From the NCBI RefSeq assembly GCF_018389705.1, contig NZ_CP065581.1:540001-572000 (forward strand): 32,000 nucleotides of DNA, given 5' to 3'. The position numbers and the translations under genes are program-made. The notes beneath the pieces were generated by a model. The model did no database searches and was not told the DNA's origin. It saw only the letters and a list, made by a program, of their open reading frames with translations. The stretch's first letter is position 1. The number at the start of each line of letters is the position of its first letter. This document shows, piece by piece, positions 22,125 through 32,000 of this stretch. The stretch is from Mycoplasma mycoides subsp. capri (GTDB lineage Bacteria; Bacillota_I; Bacilli_A; Mycoplasmatales; Mycoplasmataceae).

Positions 22125-23486
22125 TTAATCAAATAGTTCTGCTCTTCTTTTTTGATATTTTGCTTTTTTAATTTTTTCAATATTTTCTTTAATGTGTTTT
22201 CTTCTTATTTTTTGTTTGATTTTATCTAGTTCTTGTTTTCTTTTTTTCTTATAATTTGGTTTTACTTTTTTATTTTTATATTTATTTATAACTTGTTTTG
22301 ATTCAGCATCTAATTCTTTAAAAACTTTAACTTTTTTATAATTAGTTTTTATGTCAACTAATTGGTTATCAATAAGTTTTTTAGTTTCAAATTCAATCCC
22401 TTTTTTAATTAGTTCTTCAATTTGAGTTTTATTTTTTAAATTATAAATTATATAACTATATCCAGTTGAATTATTTCTTCCAGTTCTTCCAGATCTATGT
22501 ATATAATAAGTTAAATCACTTGGTAAATTAATTGAAATAATATGACTTACACCTTTAATATCAACACCTCTAGAAGCAACATCGGTTGCAACTAAATATT
22601 TAAATTCATTATTTTGAATTTTTTTTAACATCGATAATCTTAATCTTGGTTGTAGATTACCATGTAATTCAGCAACTTGTTTAATATTATTTTTATGTAA
22701 AATTTCAACTATTTTACTAATTTCATCTTTTTGGTTAACAAAAATAATACATAAAAAAGGATTAATTGAATTAATAATTTGTATTAAACTTTGCTCTAGT
22801 TCTTTGTTTTTAGTATCAATTAAAATATGTTTAACATTACTTGTTGAAATTTTATTTTGACTATCATCAATAAAATGAGCATTTTTAATATATTTTTTAC
22901 AAAATACACTAAGTTGTTGAGAAATAGTTGCACTAAATATTCCAATTGTAACATCTTGATTAATTTTAGAAATTAAATAATCAACATCTTCAATAAAACC
23001 TAGATCAAAAATCATATCACATTCATCAATAATAAAATAACTTGTAGTTGTTAGTCTTAGTTTATTTAAATCATAAAGTTCTTTTAATCTAGTTGGTGTT
23101 CCAATTACAATATGTGGTTGTTTTTTTTCTAGTTGCTCAATATTTTTACTAATATCTTCTCCACCAATAAATAAATTACAATTAATTAAAGGATTATTTT
23201 TTAAAAATAGTTTAGTGTTTTGATAAATTTGTAAACTTAACTCTCTAGTTGGACTAATAATTACTGCTTGAACGTAATTATTATTTTCTTCTAATTTTAA
23301 GTTATTTAAAATAGGTAATAAAAAACTGTGAGTTTTACCTGTTCCAGTATGTGCTAAAGCAATAACATTTTGGTATTTTTTTAATAAAGGAATTACTTTT
23401 TGTTGAATTGAAGTAGGAGCTATAAATTCAATTTGATCTAAAGTATCATTAATATACTTTTTAAAACCAAAATCAGTAAATTTCAT
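22125..23486 (-). CDS. DEAD/DEAH-box RNA helicase
   Basis: Q motif FIAPTSIQQKVIPLL, Walker A ALAHTGTGKTHSF, DECD-type motif YFIIDECDMIFDLGF, SAT motif GIFSATIS, HRSGRTGR. Confidence 0.93.
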   Translation of the reverse strand: MKFTDFGFKKYINDTLDQIEFIAPTSIQQKVIPLLKKYQNVIALAHTGTGKTHSFLLPILNNLKLEENNNYVQAVIISPTRELSLQIYQNTKLFLKNNPLINCNLFIGGEDISKNIEQLEKKQPHIVIGTPTRLKELYDLNKLRLTTTSYFIIDECDMIFDLGFIEDVDYLISKINQDVTIGIFSATISQQLSVFCKKYIKNAHFIDDSQNKISTSNVKHILIDTKNKELEQSLIQIINSINPFLCIIFVNQKDEISKIVEILHKNNIKQVAELHGNLQPRLRLSMLKKIQNNEFKYLVATDVASRGVDIKGVSHIISINLPSDLTYYIHRSGRTGRNNSTGYSYIIYNLKNKTQIEELIKKGIEFETKKLIDNQLVDIKTNYKKVKVFKELDAESKQVINKYKNKKVKPNYKKKRKQELDKIKQKIRRKHIKENIEKIKKAKYQKRRAELFD

Positions 23487-23494
23487 TTTCTCAC

Positions 23495-24271
23495 CTATTT
23501 TTCTATAAATTGATTTTTAATATCATAACTAAATATTTTTATATCTTTAAATTTAATTTCTAATTTATTTTTAAGATCATCTATAAAATGATTTTCAGCA
23601 TAATGTCCAATTTCTATTAAATTAACATTATTACTATTTGCATAAATTCATTGATCTCATTTAACTTCACCAGTTATAAAAGTACAATCTTTTAACATAT
23701 TTTCAATCATTGTACTAGCTCCAGAACCACTAGTTAAATAAAAATCTTTAATTTTAGTATCTAAGCTAATATTTGAATTTAACCTAATTTGATTTAAATT
23801 AAAAATTTCTTTAAGATCATTTATTAAATCATTTACACTGATTTTTTGATCTAAATAAAATAAATTTGATTCTTTGTCTTTACCATATTTTTTAAAAGAA
23901 TTAATTTTTAATTTCTTATTCAAAATTTCTAATAGATTTTGTTTAATACTAGAATCATAATTTGTATGAATTGAAAAAACTAATATTTTATGTTTATTTA
24001 ATTTTTTAATTATTTGTTTTTTATTAGGATTTTTCTTTTCTAGTTTTAATTCATTAAAAATAAAAGGATGTCTTGTAATAATTAATTGAATTTGATTACT
24101 AATAGCAAATTCTAAACAATCATTAGTTAGATCTAAACAAACTAAAACTTTAGAAATATTTATATTATTTAATTTTTTATAATCAAATTGAAAACCAACA
24201 TGATCTCAATTACTTGCTTTTTTAGGGTTAAATAATTGATTTAAATAACTAATTATATTATCTAATAACAT
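23495..24271 (-). CDS. Nif3-like dinuclear metal center protein
   Basis: Read with TGA=Trp: MLLDNIISYLNQLFNPKKASNWDHVGFQF...VLVCLDLTNDCLEFAI...IITRHPFIF...FSIHTNYD...YLTSGSGAS...TFITGEVKW. Confidence 0.85.
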
Positions 24272-24935
24272 CTATATACTTTCTAATTTTATTAATTCTA
24301 TTTTGGATTTCTAAATATTTAATGTTGTTTGGATTAATTTGATTCAAAATTCTAGTTAAATTACTAATTTCATTTTCTAAATAACTAATATATAAACTAT
24401 TTTTATTAAAAAACTGTTTTGAACCAAATTCTATTTCTAATTCTTCTAAATGATCAGAAAATTTATTTTTATTAATTTCAATTAATCAATAATAATGATC
24501 ATCTTCATAAATAAATGATTCATATTTAATTAAATAATTATGACTAACAGCTCATAGTCTTAAATTTTTAACACTAGTATTTGAACAAATTATATAATTA
24601 CTAATTTTTTGATGATCATTTTTTAAAATTTCTAAAATAGTTTGACTACCTAACCCACAAATTGTTACATAATCAATATTTAGAATTTCTTTATTTTTAA
24701 CAAACTCTAAACCATTAGATAAAATGGTAAAAATTTGGTCTGTTAAACCAAATTTTTCAACGTTTTTTAAAGCTATTTTTAAAGGTTTTTGATTAATATC
24801 ACAAGCATAAGCAATTTTAGTTTTATTGTTTTGAACTAAATATATTGGTAAATAAGCATGATCAGTACCAATATCAGCTATTGTTGTTGAGTTATTAATT
24901 AGTTTTGCAACTTGGTGTAATCTAAAAGATAACAT
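24258..24935 (-). CDS. trmK: tRNA (adenine(22)-N(1))-methyltransferase TrmK family
   Basis: [35 protein letters not shown]...YVTICGLGSQTILEIL; located between rpoD and the Nif3-like gene as in Firmicutes. Confidence 0.88.
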
Positions 24936-26455
24936 TAATATCCTTTATAAAATTCTTTTAATGTTTTTCCAGATTTATTATTTGGTGATGGTTGTTTTAA
25001 TTTTCTAATAGTTTTTGCTTCAATTTGTCTGATTCTTTCTCTAGTAACATTTAATTCTTTTCCAACTTCTTCTAAAGTTCTAGCTGAATCATATTTTGCT
25101 AAATTATTATTAATGATTTGATTATTAAATTTTCTAACTTTTTCAATTGGTGTATCTAAATGAATATCTAATTCTTCAATTGCTTGTTTTAATTCTTTAG
25201 CATTTGAATCATTACATTCTTGAGCAAGTCTTAATAAAGTTCTTAGTCTTGTTGGAACAATTCCATATCTCATTCTAATCACTTTTTCTTCTCTTGGTGG
25301 CATATCTTCAAAAACTTTATCCATTACTTCTTTTAAAATTTCTTTTTCAGTATATTCATTTGGAGAAACCATGTCTTTATCTTCAACAAAATCTCCAAAA
25401 TGAGTATCATCTTCATCACCAAAAGGTTTTTCTAAACTTACTGGTTCAATTGAAAGTTTTTTAATTTCAATAACTTTATCACCAGTAATTCCTTCACCAA
25501 CTCTATTAGCAATTTCATCAGCATTAGGTTCTCTTCCTAATTCTTGAGTTAATTGACGTTCAACTCTTGCTAATTTATTAATTGTTTCAACCATGTGAAC
25601 TGGAATTCTAATAGTTCTTGCTTGATCAGCAATAGCTCTTGTTATTGCTTGACGAATTCATCAAGTAGCATAAGTTGAAAATTTAAATCCTTTTTCATAT
25701 TCAAATTTATCAACAGCTTTCATTAAACCAATGTTTCCTTCTTCAATTAAATCTGCAAAATCTAATCCACGGTTTAAATGTTTTCTAGCAACAGAAATAA
25801 CTAGTTTTAAGTTAGATTCAATTAATTTGTTTCTACCTTCTTGTACATCTTCAGGATCATCACTAACTGCCATTTTAGCATATATTATTTCTTGTTCTTT
25901 TGTTAAAATTGGTGCTTGACCTATTTTATAAAAATAAGTTTTAATAATGTCTTGGATTTTAGTTTCATTACTAATACCACCAACGCGATATTTCATATGA
26001 TTTGATGACTTAGCTGATTTTCTACCTTTTATAGCTGCACTTTTTGCTTCTTTAAATTCATCTAAATCATCATTAACATTTTCATCATAATCATCTAAAT
26101 TATTTGAAGTACTATCTAAATCAAAATCTAAATCATCAAGATCTTCTAAATTTTCTAATTCTTCTAGTTCTTCTAAATTAACATCTTCAATTTCTTCTTC
26201 TACTTCTTCTAGTTCTTCTTGTTCAATATCATCATCTATTAAATCTGAAAAAACTATTCCTTTTTGTTGTAAAACATCTAATATTTTTTCTGATTCATTA
26301 TCTGATGCATTTGGAAAAATGTTTGCAAAAACTTCTAATACATCTTCAGATGAAATTTCATTATTATTTTTACTAGCAAATGAAACTGTATAATCTAAAA
26401 AATCATTAAATGAAGCAATCTTTTTTAATTCTGATTTGTTATTAAATTTAGCCAT
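24935..26455 (-). CDS. rpoD: RNA polymerase sigma factor, primary (RpoD/SigA)
   Basis: [63 protein letters not shown]...; [23 protein letters not shown]. Confidence 0.95.
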
Positions 26456-26457
26456 AA

Positions 26458-28296
26458 TTACCTCTTTTTCTTTTTGTTTTTCAGAGTATCAATTCCATTT
26501 CAAATTTGAAATCTCTCTGTTTTATTTTTGCTTTCAACAAGCAGTTTTTTTAAATTTGAAATTTCTGTATCATTGTGATATGAATCTAGTTTACTAAAAG
26601 CATCATCAATTTCAGATTCTCGAATTTTTATACTTGTAAGTAAAGAATTATTAATAATTTCTTCTTGTTTTTTATCAAAGCCTGTAAGATTATACTCTTT
26701 AAGTAAGTCAAATGCTTTATTAATATCATTTCCTTGATAAATTTTTTTATTATAAAGATTAATTAAGTTAATTGTTGCGTGTTTTATATCTGGATGAATC
26801 ATTTTATCAACATTAGCAGCTATTTTATCTAAAAATTGATCACTAATTAAAAGTGAGATAAAAATTCTTCTTTCAGCATTAATATATTCTTTTTTTATAA
26901 AATCATTTGGTTTTGATTTAGATTGTTGTTTATTAACTTTATTAGTTTGAGTATTTGTTTTAAATACTTGTGTTGTTGAATTTTTATTAAAACTATTATT
27001 TGGTTTTGATTGTTTTTTTAATTCTATTAAGTTATTTTTAATAGTTTGTTCTGAAATTTTAGTTAGTTCAACAAGTTTATTAATAGTAGTTTCAACTAAG
27101 ATTTCATTATTAAGATCAAAAATAAAATTTAAAACTTTTTTAATGAAATTTTCAATTTGGTTAGGGTCATTAATATCAACTTTATTTCATAATTTGTCTA
27201 TTAAATAATTAACAGGGTGAATTGGTTGATTAATAATTTGTTTTAAATATTTTACATTATTATTTACTAATTCATCAGGATCATTATTAGTTTGATTATC
27301 AATTACTAAAACATTAATTTTTTCTTTTAATAATTGGTGACTAATTTTAATATTTGCTTGAACTCCAGGATCATCACCATCTAAAAATAATAACACATCT
27401 AAATTGTGTCTTTTAAAAAGATTTAAATGATAATTAGACAAGCTAGTTCCCATTAAAGCAATTGTGTTATTAATATCAATTTTACTTAAACTAATAACAT
27501 CCATAAATCCTTCTAAAACAATAATTTTTTTTAAAGATTTACTAATTTTTAAAGCACTAGCTATATTATAAGCTAAATGTGATTTTTTAAAAATTTTATT
27601 TTCTTTAGTATTTAAGTATTTTGGTTCATTATCTTTTGTAAAACTTCTACCACTAAACCCAATAACTTGATTATTTTCATCTTTTATAGGAAAAATAATT
27701 CTATTTATAAAATAATCTTTTGTATAACTATTTGTAATAATTCCTAAATTGGCTTTTTCAATATCTAAACTATTGTAATTTTTATTTAAAAGTTTTTGTA
27801 CTAAGTTTGTTTTATCACTAGCAAACCCAATTTCAAATTTTTTAATTTGTTCAATACTAATATTTCTTGATTTTAAATATTCTAAAGCCTGAATTCCTAA
27901 ATTTGAAAATAGTTTAGTTTTAAAAATATTATTAGCTTCTGAGTTTAGTTTAAAAATTGTTTCTGCTTCTAAATCTTTTATTGGCTGATTATAATTTTTG
28001 AACTCATCTAATGAAATATTTGCTTTATCACAAACAGTTTTTAAAGCAGTTAAAAAATCAACATGTTCAAAGTCTTTAACAAAATTAATTACATTCCCAG
28101 ATGCTTTACAACTAAAACATGTATAAATTCTTTTTTCTGGTGAAATTGTTAAAGAAGGATTTGAATCATTATGAAAAGGACAAACAGCTAAATAGTTTCT
28201 TCCCTTTTTAATTAAATGCAAATAAGAAGAAATTACATCAACAATACTAACTTGTGAAATAATTTCATTAATTTTCTCATTTGAGATATATACCAT
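26458..28296 (-). CDS. dnaG: DNA primase
   Basis: Zinc finger [35 protein letters not shown]; [16 protein letters not shown] and [10 protein letters not shown]. Stop TAA at 26458-26460 when TGA=Trp. Confidence 0.94.
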
Positions 28297-29701
28297 GCAG
28301 TCACCTCATTAATCTTTTAAATATATTTGATTAATTAAATTGTGAGTTTAAAAAGTCTTTTAATTGAGAAATCAAAATTCTTTCTTGCTTCATTGTATCT
28401 CTGTATCTAATAGTTACTTTTTGATCTTCTAAAGTTTGAAAATCATAAGTTATAACAAAAGGAGTACCAATTGCATCTTGTCTTCTATAACGTTTTCCAA
28501 TATTTCCTGTTTCATCATAAACAGCATCAAAATCATTTAGTAAGTCTAAAAATAATTGATTAGCATTTTGGTTTAATTGTTTTGATAAAGGGGTTATTGC
28601 TACTTGGTATGGTGCTAAATTATAAGGTAGTTTTAAAACTGTTCTTGAATTATTTTCTTCTAATTGTTCTTCAGTGTATGCTTGTCAAAAAATTGCTAAC
28701 ATCAATCTTTCAACTCCAACACTTGGTTCAATAACATTAGCTAAAACTTTTTGATTAGTTTCTTCTTTTAAAACAGTTAGATCTTCTTTACTTAAATTTT
28801 GATGAACTTTTAAATCAAAATCAGAACGGTGACTAATTCCTCACAATTCTCCTCAACCAAAAGGAAAATTAAATTCAATATCACTAGTTTTTAAAGCATA
28901 GTGAGCTAATTCATCTTTTAAATTTTCTCTAATTTTGTAATTAGATTTATCAAGACAAATTTTTTTAGTTAAAAATAACTCTATTTGGTCTAATCAATAT
29001 TTAAATCAATCTTTTTGATCGTTTGGATCAAAAAAGAATTCTAATTCCATTTGTTCAAATTCTCTAGTTCTAAAAATAAAGTTACCTGGTGTAATTTCAT
29101 TTCTAAAAGATTTTCCAATTTGTCCAATTCCAAATGGAAGTTTTTTTCTCATACTTCTTTGAACGTTTTTAAAATTTATAAAAATTCCTTGAGCTGTTTC
29201 AGGTCTTAAGTATACAATTGATGAATCATCTTCTAAAACACCTTGATTAGTTTTAAACATTAAAGCAAATTTTCTTATTTGAGTAAAATCTTTTTTTTGG
29301 CATTTTTTACATAAAATATTATTTTGTTTTATATAGTCTTCTAATTGAGCACTTGTCATAATTCCAGTATTAATTGATGAATCAAATTCTTCAATTAATT
29401 TATCAGCTCTTCATCTGCTCTTACAATTTTTACAATCAATTAATGGATCATTAAATCCGTCAATATGACCAGAAGCTTTTCAAACTTTAGAATTTAAAAT
29501 AATTGAGCTATCTAATCCCACATTTAAAGGATTTTTTTTAACAAAAAAATCTCATCAAACTTTTTTTAACTTGTTTTTAACTTCACATCCTAAAGGACCA
29601 TAATCTCAACTATTTGCTAAACCTCCATAAATTTCTGATCCTTGAAAAACAAACCCCTGATTTTTCAAGTGACTAATCATTTTTTCTATTGATTTAGACA
29701 T
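28268..29701 (-). CDS. glyS: Glycyl-tRNA synthetase
   Basis: [30 protein letters not shown]...[60 protein letters not shown]...[13 protein letters not shown]. Confidence 0.94.
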
Positions 29702-29734
29702 ATTTTTCTCCTAAAAGTAAGTAACTAATAAATT

Positions 29735-29756
29735 ATAACATTTTTATAAATGTTAT
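29735..29756. repeat. Hairpin between recO and glyS (possible weak terminator)
   Basis: 9-nt perfect arms ATAACATTT-ttat-AAATGTTAT, 8 nt downstream of the recO stop on the minus strand. Confidence 0.5.
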
Positions 29757-29764
29757 GTTTAAAA

Positions 29765-30514
29765 CTAATTAAATCGAATTAGTGTAGATAATAAGTACAT
29801 ACTTGTTGTATATGTTCCTACAATATCTTGGTAATAATTTAAGATAAATCTAGTTAAAATGTTTAAATTGTTAGTTGAAATTTCTTGACTTAAGTTAGTT
29901 ATAAAATCATTTTTAAAAATTGAATTTATAAAATTTGATAATTGATTATCTATTAATATACAGTCATCAAAATAACAAAATTTACAACTTGAACAATAAT
30001 TAGTAAAACTAATTGCTATAATCGGATTTATTTTAGAATTACAAAACCCACATTTAGATAAATCGATTTGATTTCCAATTATTTTTAAAAAATAAAACAT
30101 AAATAAAACACAAACCTTTAATCCTAAATCAGGTTTATTATTAATAATTGAAATACTTAATTTTAATGTTTTATACAAGTTATAATTTTTAATTTGTTCA
30201 TCTAAACTTAATACTAATGAAGTAATAATATTTGCATATAAATACAAATTAAAATCAGTTGAAATATGATTAAAACTATTAATCAATTCTGATCTTTTTA
30301 ATTTAGATAAATTAAATTTATTTTTTGATTTAAAAATCTCAAAATTTGAATATGATAAGTAGTTAATACCATATTTATTTTTACTTTTTATTTTATTAAC
30401 ACCTAAACAAACTAGACTAATTTTTCCATACAAATTAGAATAAATTGTAATAATTTTATCATAATCTTGAAAATCAAAACTATTTAAAACTATTCCCTTT
30501 AAGGTTTTTTCCAT
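29765..30514 (-). CDS. recO: DNA repair protein RecO
   Basis: MEKTLKGIVLNSFDFQDYDKIITIYSNLYGKISLVCLGVNKIKSK...; zinc ligands CGFCNSK...CSSC; lies between era and glyS. Confidence 0.9.
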   Translation of the reverse strand: MEKTLKGIVLNSFDFQDYDKIITIYSNLYGKISLVCLGVNKIKSKNKYGINYLSYSNFEIFKSKNKFNLSKLKRSELINSFNHISTDFNLYLYANIITSLVLSLDEQIKNYNLYKTLKLSISIINNKPDLGLKVCVLFMFYFLKIIGNQIDLSKCGFCNSKINPIIAISFTNYCSSCKFCYFDDCILIDNQLSNFINSIFKNDFITNLSQEISTNNLNILTRFILNYYQDIVGTYTTSMYLLSTLIRFN

Positions 30515-31419
30515 TAATATTGATCCTTGTTATAACCCATTTTTTTAATTAAACTAGGTGAGTTTCTTCAATTTTCTTGAACTTTTACAAATAGTTCTAA
30601 ATTAATATGCTTTTTAAATAATGCTTGAATTTGTTTTTTAGATTTATATCTAATATCTGAAATTTTTACTCCATTTTTACCAATTATTATTGATTTTTGA
30701 GATTGTCTTTCAACTATAATTGCACAACTAATATTAATTTCATTTTCATTTTGTTCTAAATGCTCAACTAAAACTGCAACACTATGAGGTACTTCTTGAC
30801 CAGTTTTTAATAAAATATTTTCTCTAATAATTTCTTTTATCATAAAACGATCTGATTGATCAGTTAAAATATCATCATCATAAAATTGATAATCATTATC
30901 TGATAAATTACTTACAATTAATTCTAATAATTTTTCAATATTTAAATTAGTAATTGAGCTTGTAATAATAATTTCATCAAATTGATCTTGATAATTACTT
31001 CATTCATTTGCTTTTAAAATCAATTGTTCTTTTGTAACATTATCAGCTTTAGTTATTACTAAAATTTTAAAAACATCCAAGTTTTTAATTTGTTTTAATA
31101 AAAATAAATCATTTTTTCCAATAGCTTCATCACTTGGAGCTAAAAACAAAATTACATCAACATCTTTTGTAGATTTTAAAGCACTTGTATTTAAAAATTT
31201 ATCTAATTGTTTTTTTGAAGTATGCACTCCTGGAGTATCAATAAAAACAATTTGATATTGATCTTTTTTAGTTAAAATTCCTCTAATATTATTTCTTGTA
31301 GTTTGTGGTTTGTTTGTCACTATTGAAATTTTTTCTCCAATAAGTTTGTTTAATAAAGTTGATTTTCCAACATTTGGTCTTCCAATAATACTTACAAATC
31401 CAGATTTAAAATTACTCAT
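30514..31419 (-). CDS. era: GTPase Era
   Basis: GFVSIIGRPNVGKSTLLNKLIGEKISIVTNKPQTTRNNIRGILT...IVFIDTPGVHTSKKQL; KH domain IIVERQSQKSIIIGKNGVKISDI. Stop overlaps recO start (TAATG). Confidence 0.95.
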
Positions 31420-31422
31420 TTT

Positions 31423-31917
31423 TTAATTACTTTCTAAATAATCATCTTCATTAAATTTAATTATATATTCTAAGTTATTTAGCTTTAAGATTTGATCTTG
31501 TAAGTCAAACATAATTTTTTCATCATTTAAATCTTCATGATCATAACCTAATAAGTGTAAAAACCCATGAACAAATAAAAAACCCATTTCTGAATTTAAA
31601 TCGTGATTATATTTAATTGCTTTTCTTTTAGCTTCACTTAAATTAATAAACATATCACCTAATTCTCTAAAACCAATTGCTTTAATTTCATTTTCAGTCA
31701 TTTCTACTGGAAAAGAAGTTACATCAGCAATATAAGAATGATTGCGATATTGTTGATTAATTTGTTGAGCTTTTAAATCATTTACAAATGTAATGCTTAA
31801 CTCAATATCATAGTTAAAATTAAAATAATTATAAGCAGTTTTTAAAATTTTATTACAAAACTTTTTTCAAAAGTCCATATTAATATTAGTTTCATTAAAA
31901 TAGTTGATTCTTATCAT
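31423..31917 (-). CDS. ybeY: Endoribonuclease YbeY (rRNA maturation factor)
   Basis: Metal-binding motif HGFLHLLGYDH. N-terminus MIRINYFNETNINMDFWKK... recovered with TGA=Trp. Confidence 0.93.
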
Positions 31918-32000
31918 TTTTTTAATCCTTACTAATTAAATTATACTTGATATCATTACTTGTTATTATTAATGAACTATTTGAATAACTTGTAAATAAT

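Noticed and set aside
25731-25919. Plus-strand ORF of 62 aa
   Set aside because: Antisense to the most conserved part of rpoD.
29702-29764. T-box riboswitch upstream of glyS
   Set aside because: The recO-glyS gap is only 63 nt and contains just a 9-bp hairpin; no T-box sequence (TGGNACCGCG-like) is visible.
1-32000. Apparent wholesale pseudogenisation (many genes broken into short ORFs)
   Set aside because: The breaks in reconstructed genes are TGA codons at positions where Trp is expected (for example L28 KRKWNLN, sigma factor TYATWWIRQA), consistent with genetic code 4, not decay.

Overview
AT-rich mollicute chromosome segment, most likely from the Mycoplasma mycoides/capricolum group (species is my inference). 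UGA must be read as Trp, so the supplied standard-code ORF track splits most genes; I rejoined in-frame pieces. Minus-strand block 1-5270: phoU (partial), pstB, fused pstC-pstA, pstS, a small DUF2188-like protein, tRNA-Leu(CAA), rpmB. Plus-strand block 5438-13393: Asp23/Gls24 protein, FakA-like DAK2 protein, plsX, rnc, a two-gene Panacea-type toxin-antitoxin candidate, smc. Minus-strand block 13430-31917: rel, apt, a fused secDF with Lys-rich inserts, a YitT-family protein, a DEAD-box helicase, a Nif3-like protein, trmK, rpoD, dnaG, glyS, recO, era, ybeY. The most interesting accessory feature is the pair at 9274-9729 (Panacea/SocA-like antitoxin, invisible in the ORF track because it has 8 in-frame TGA codons) and 9732-10121 (small putative toxin with no TGA codons), which sits between rnc and smc. 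I see no CRISPR array, transposase, phage module or rRNA. The rest is mostly conserved housekeeping DNA.
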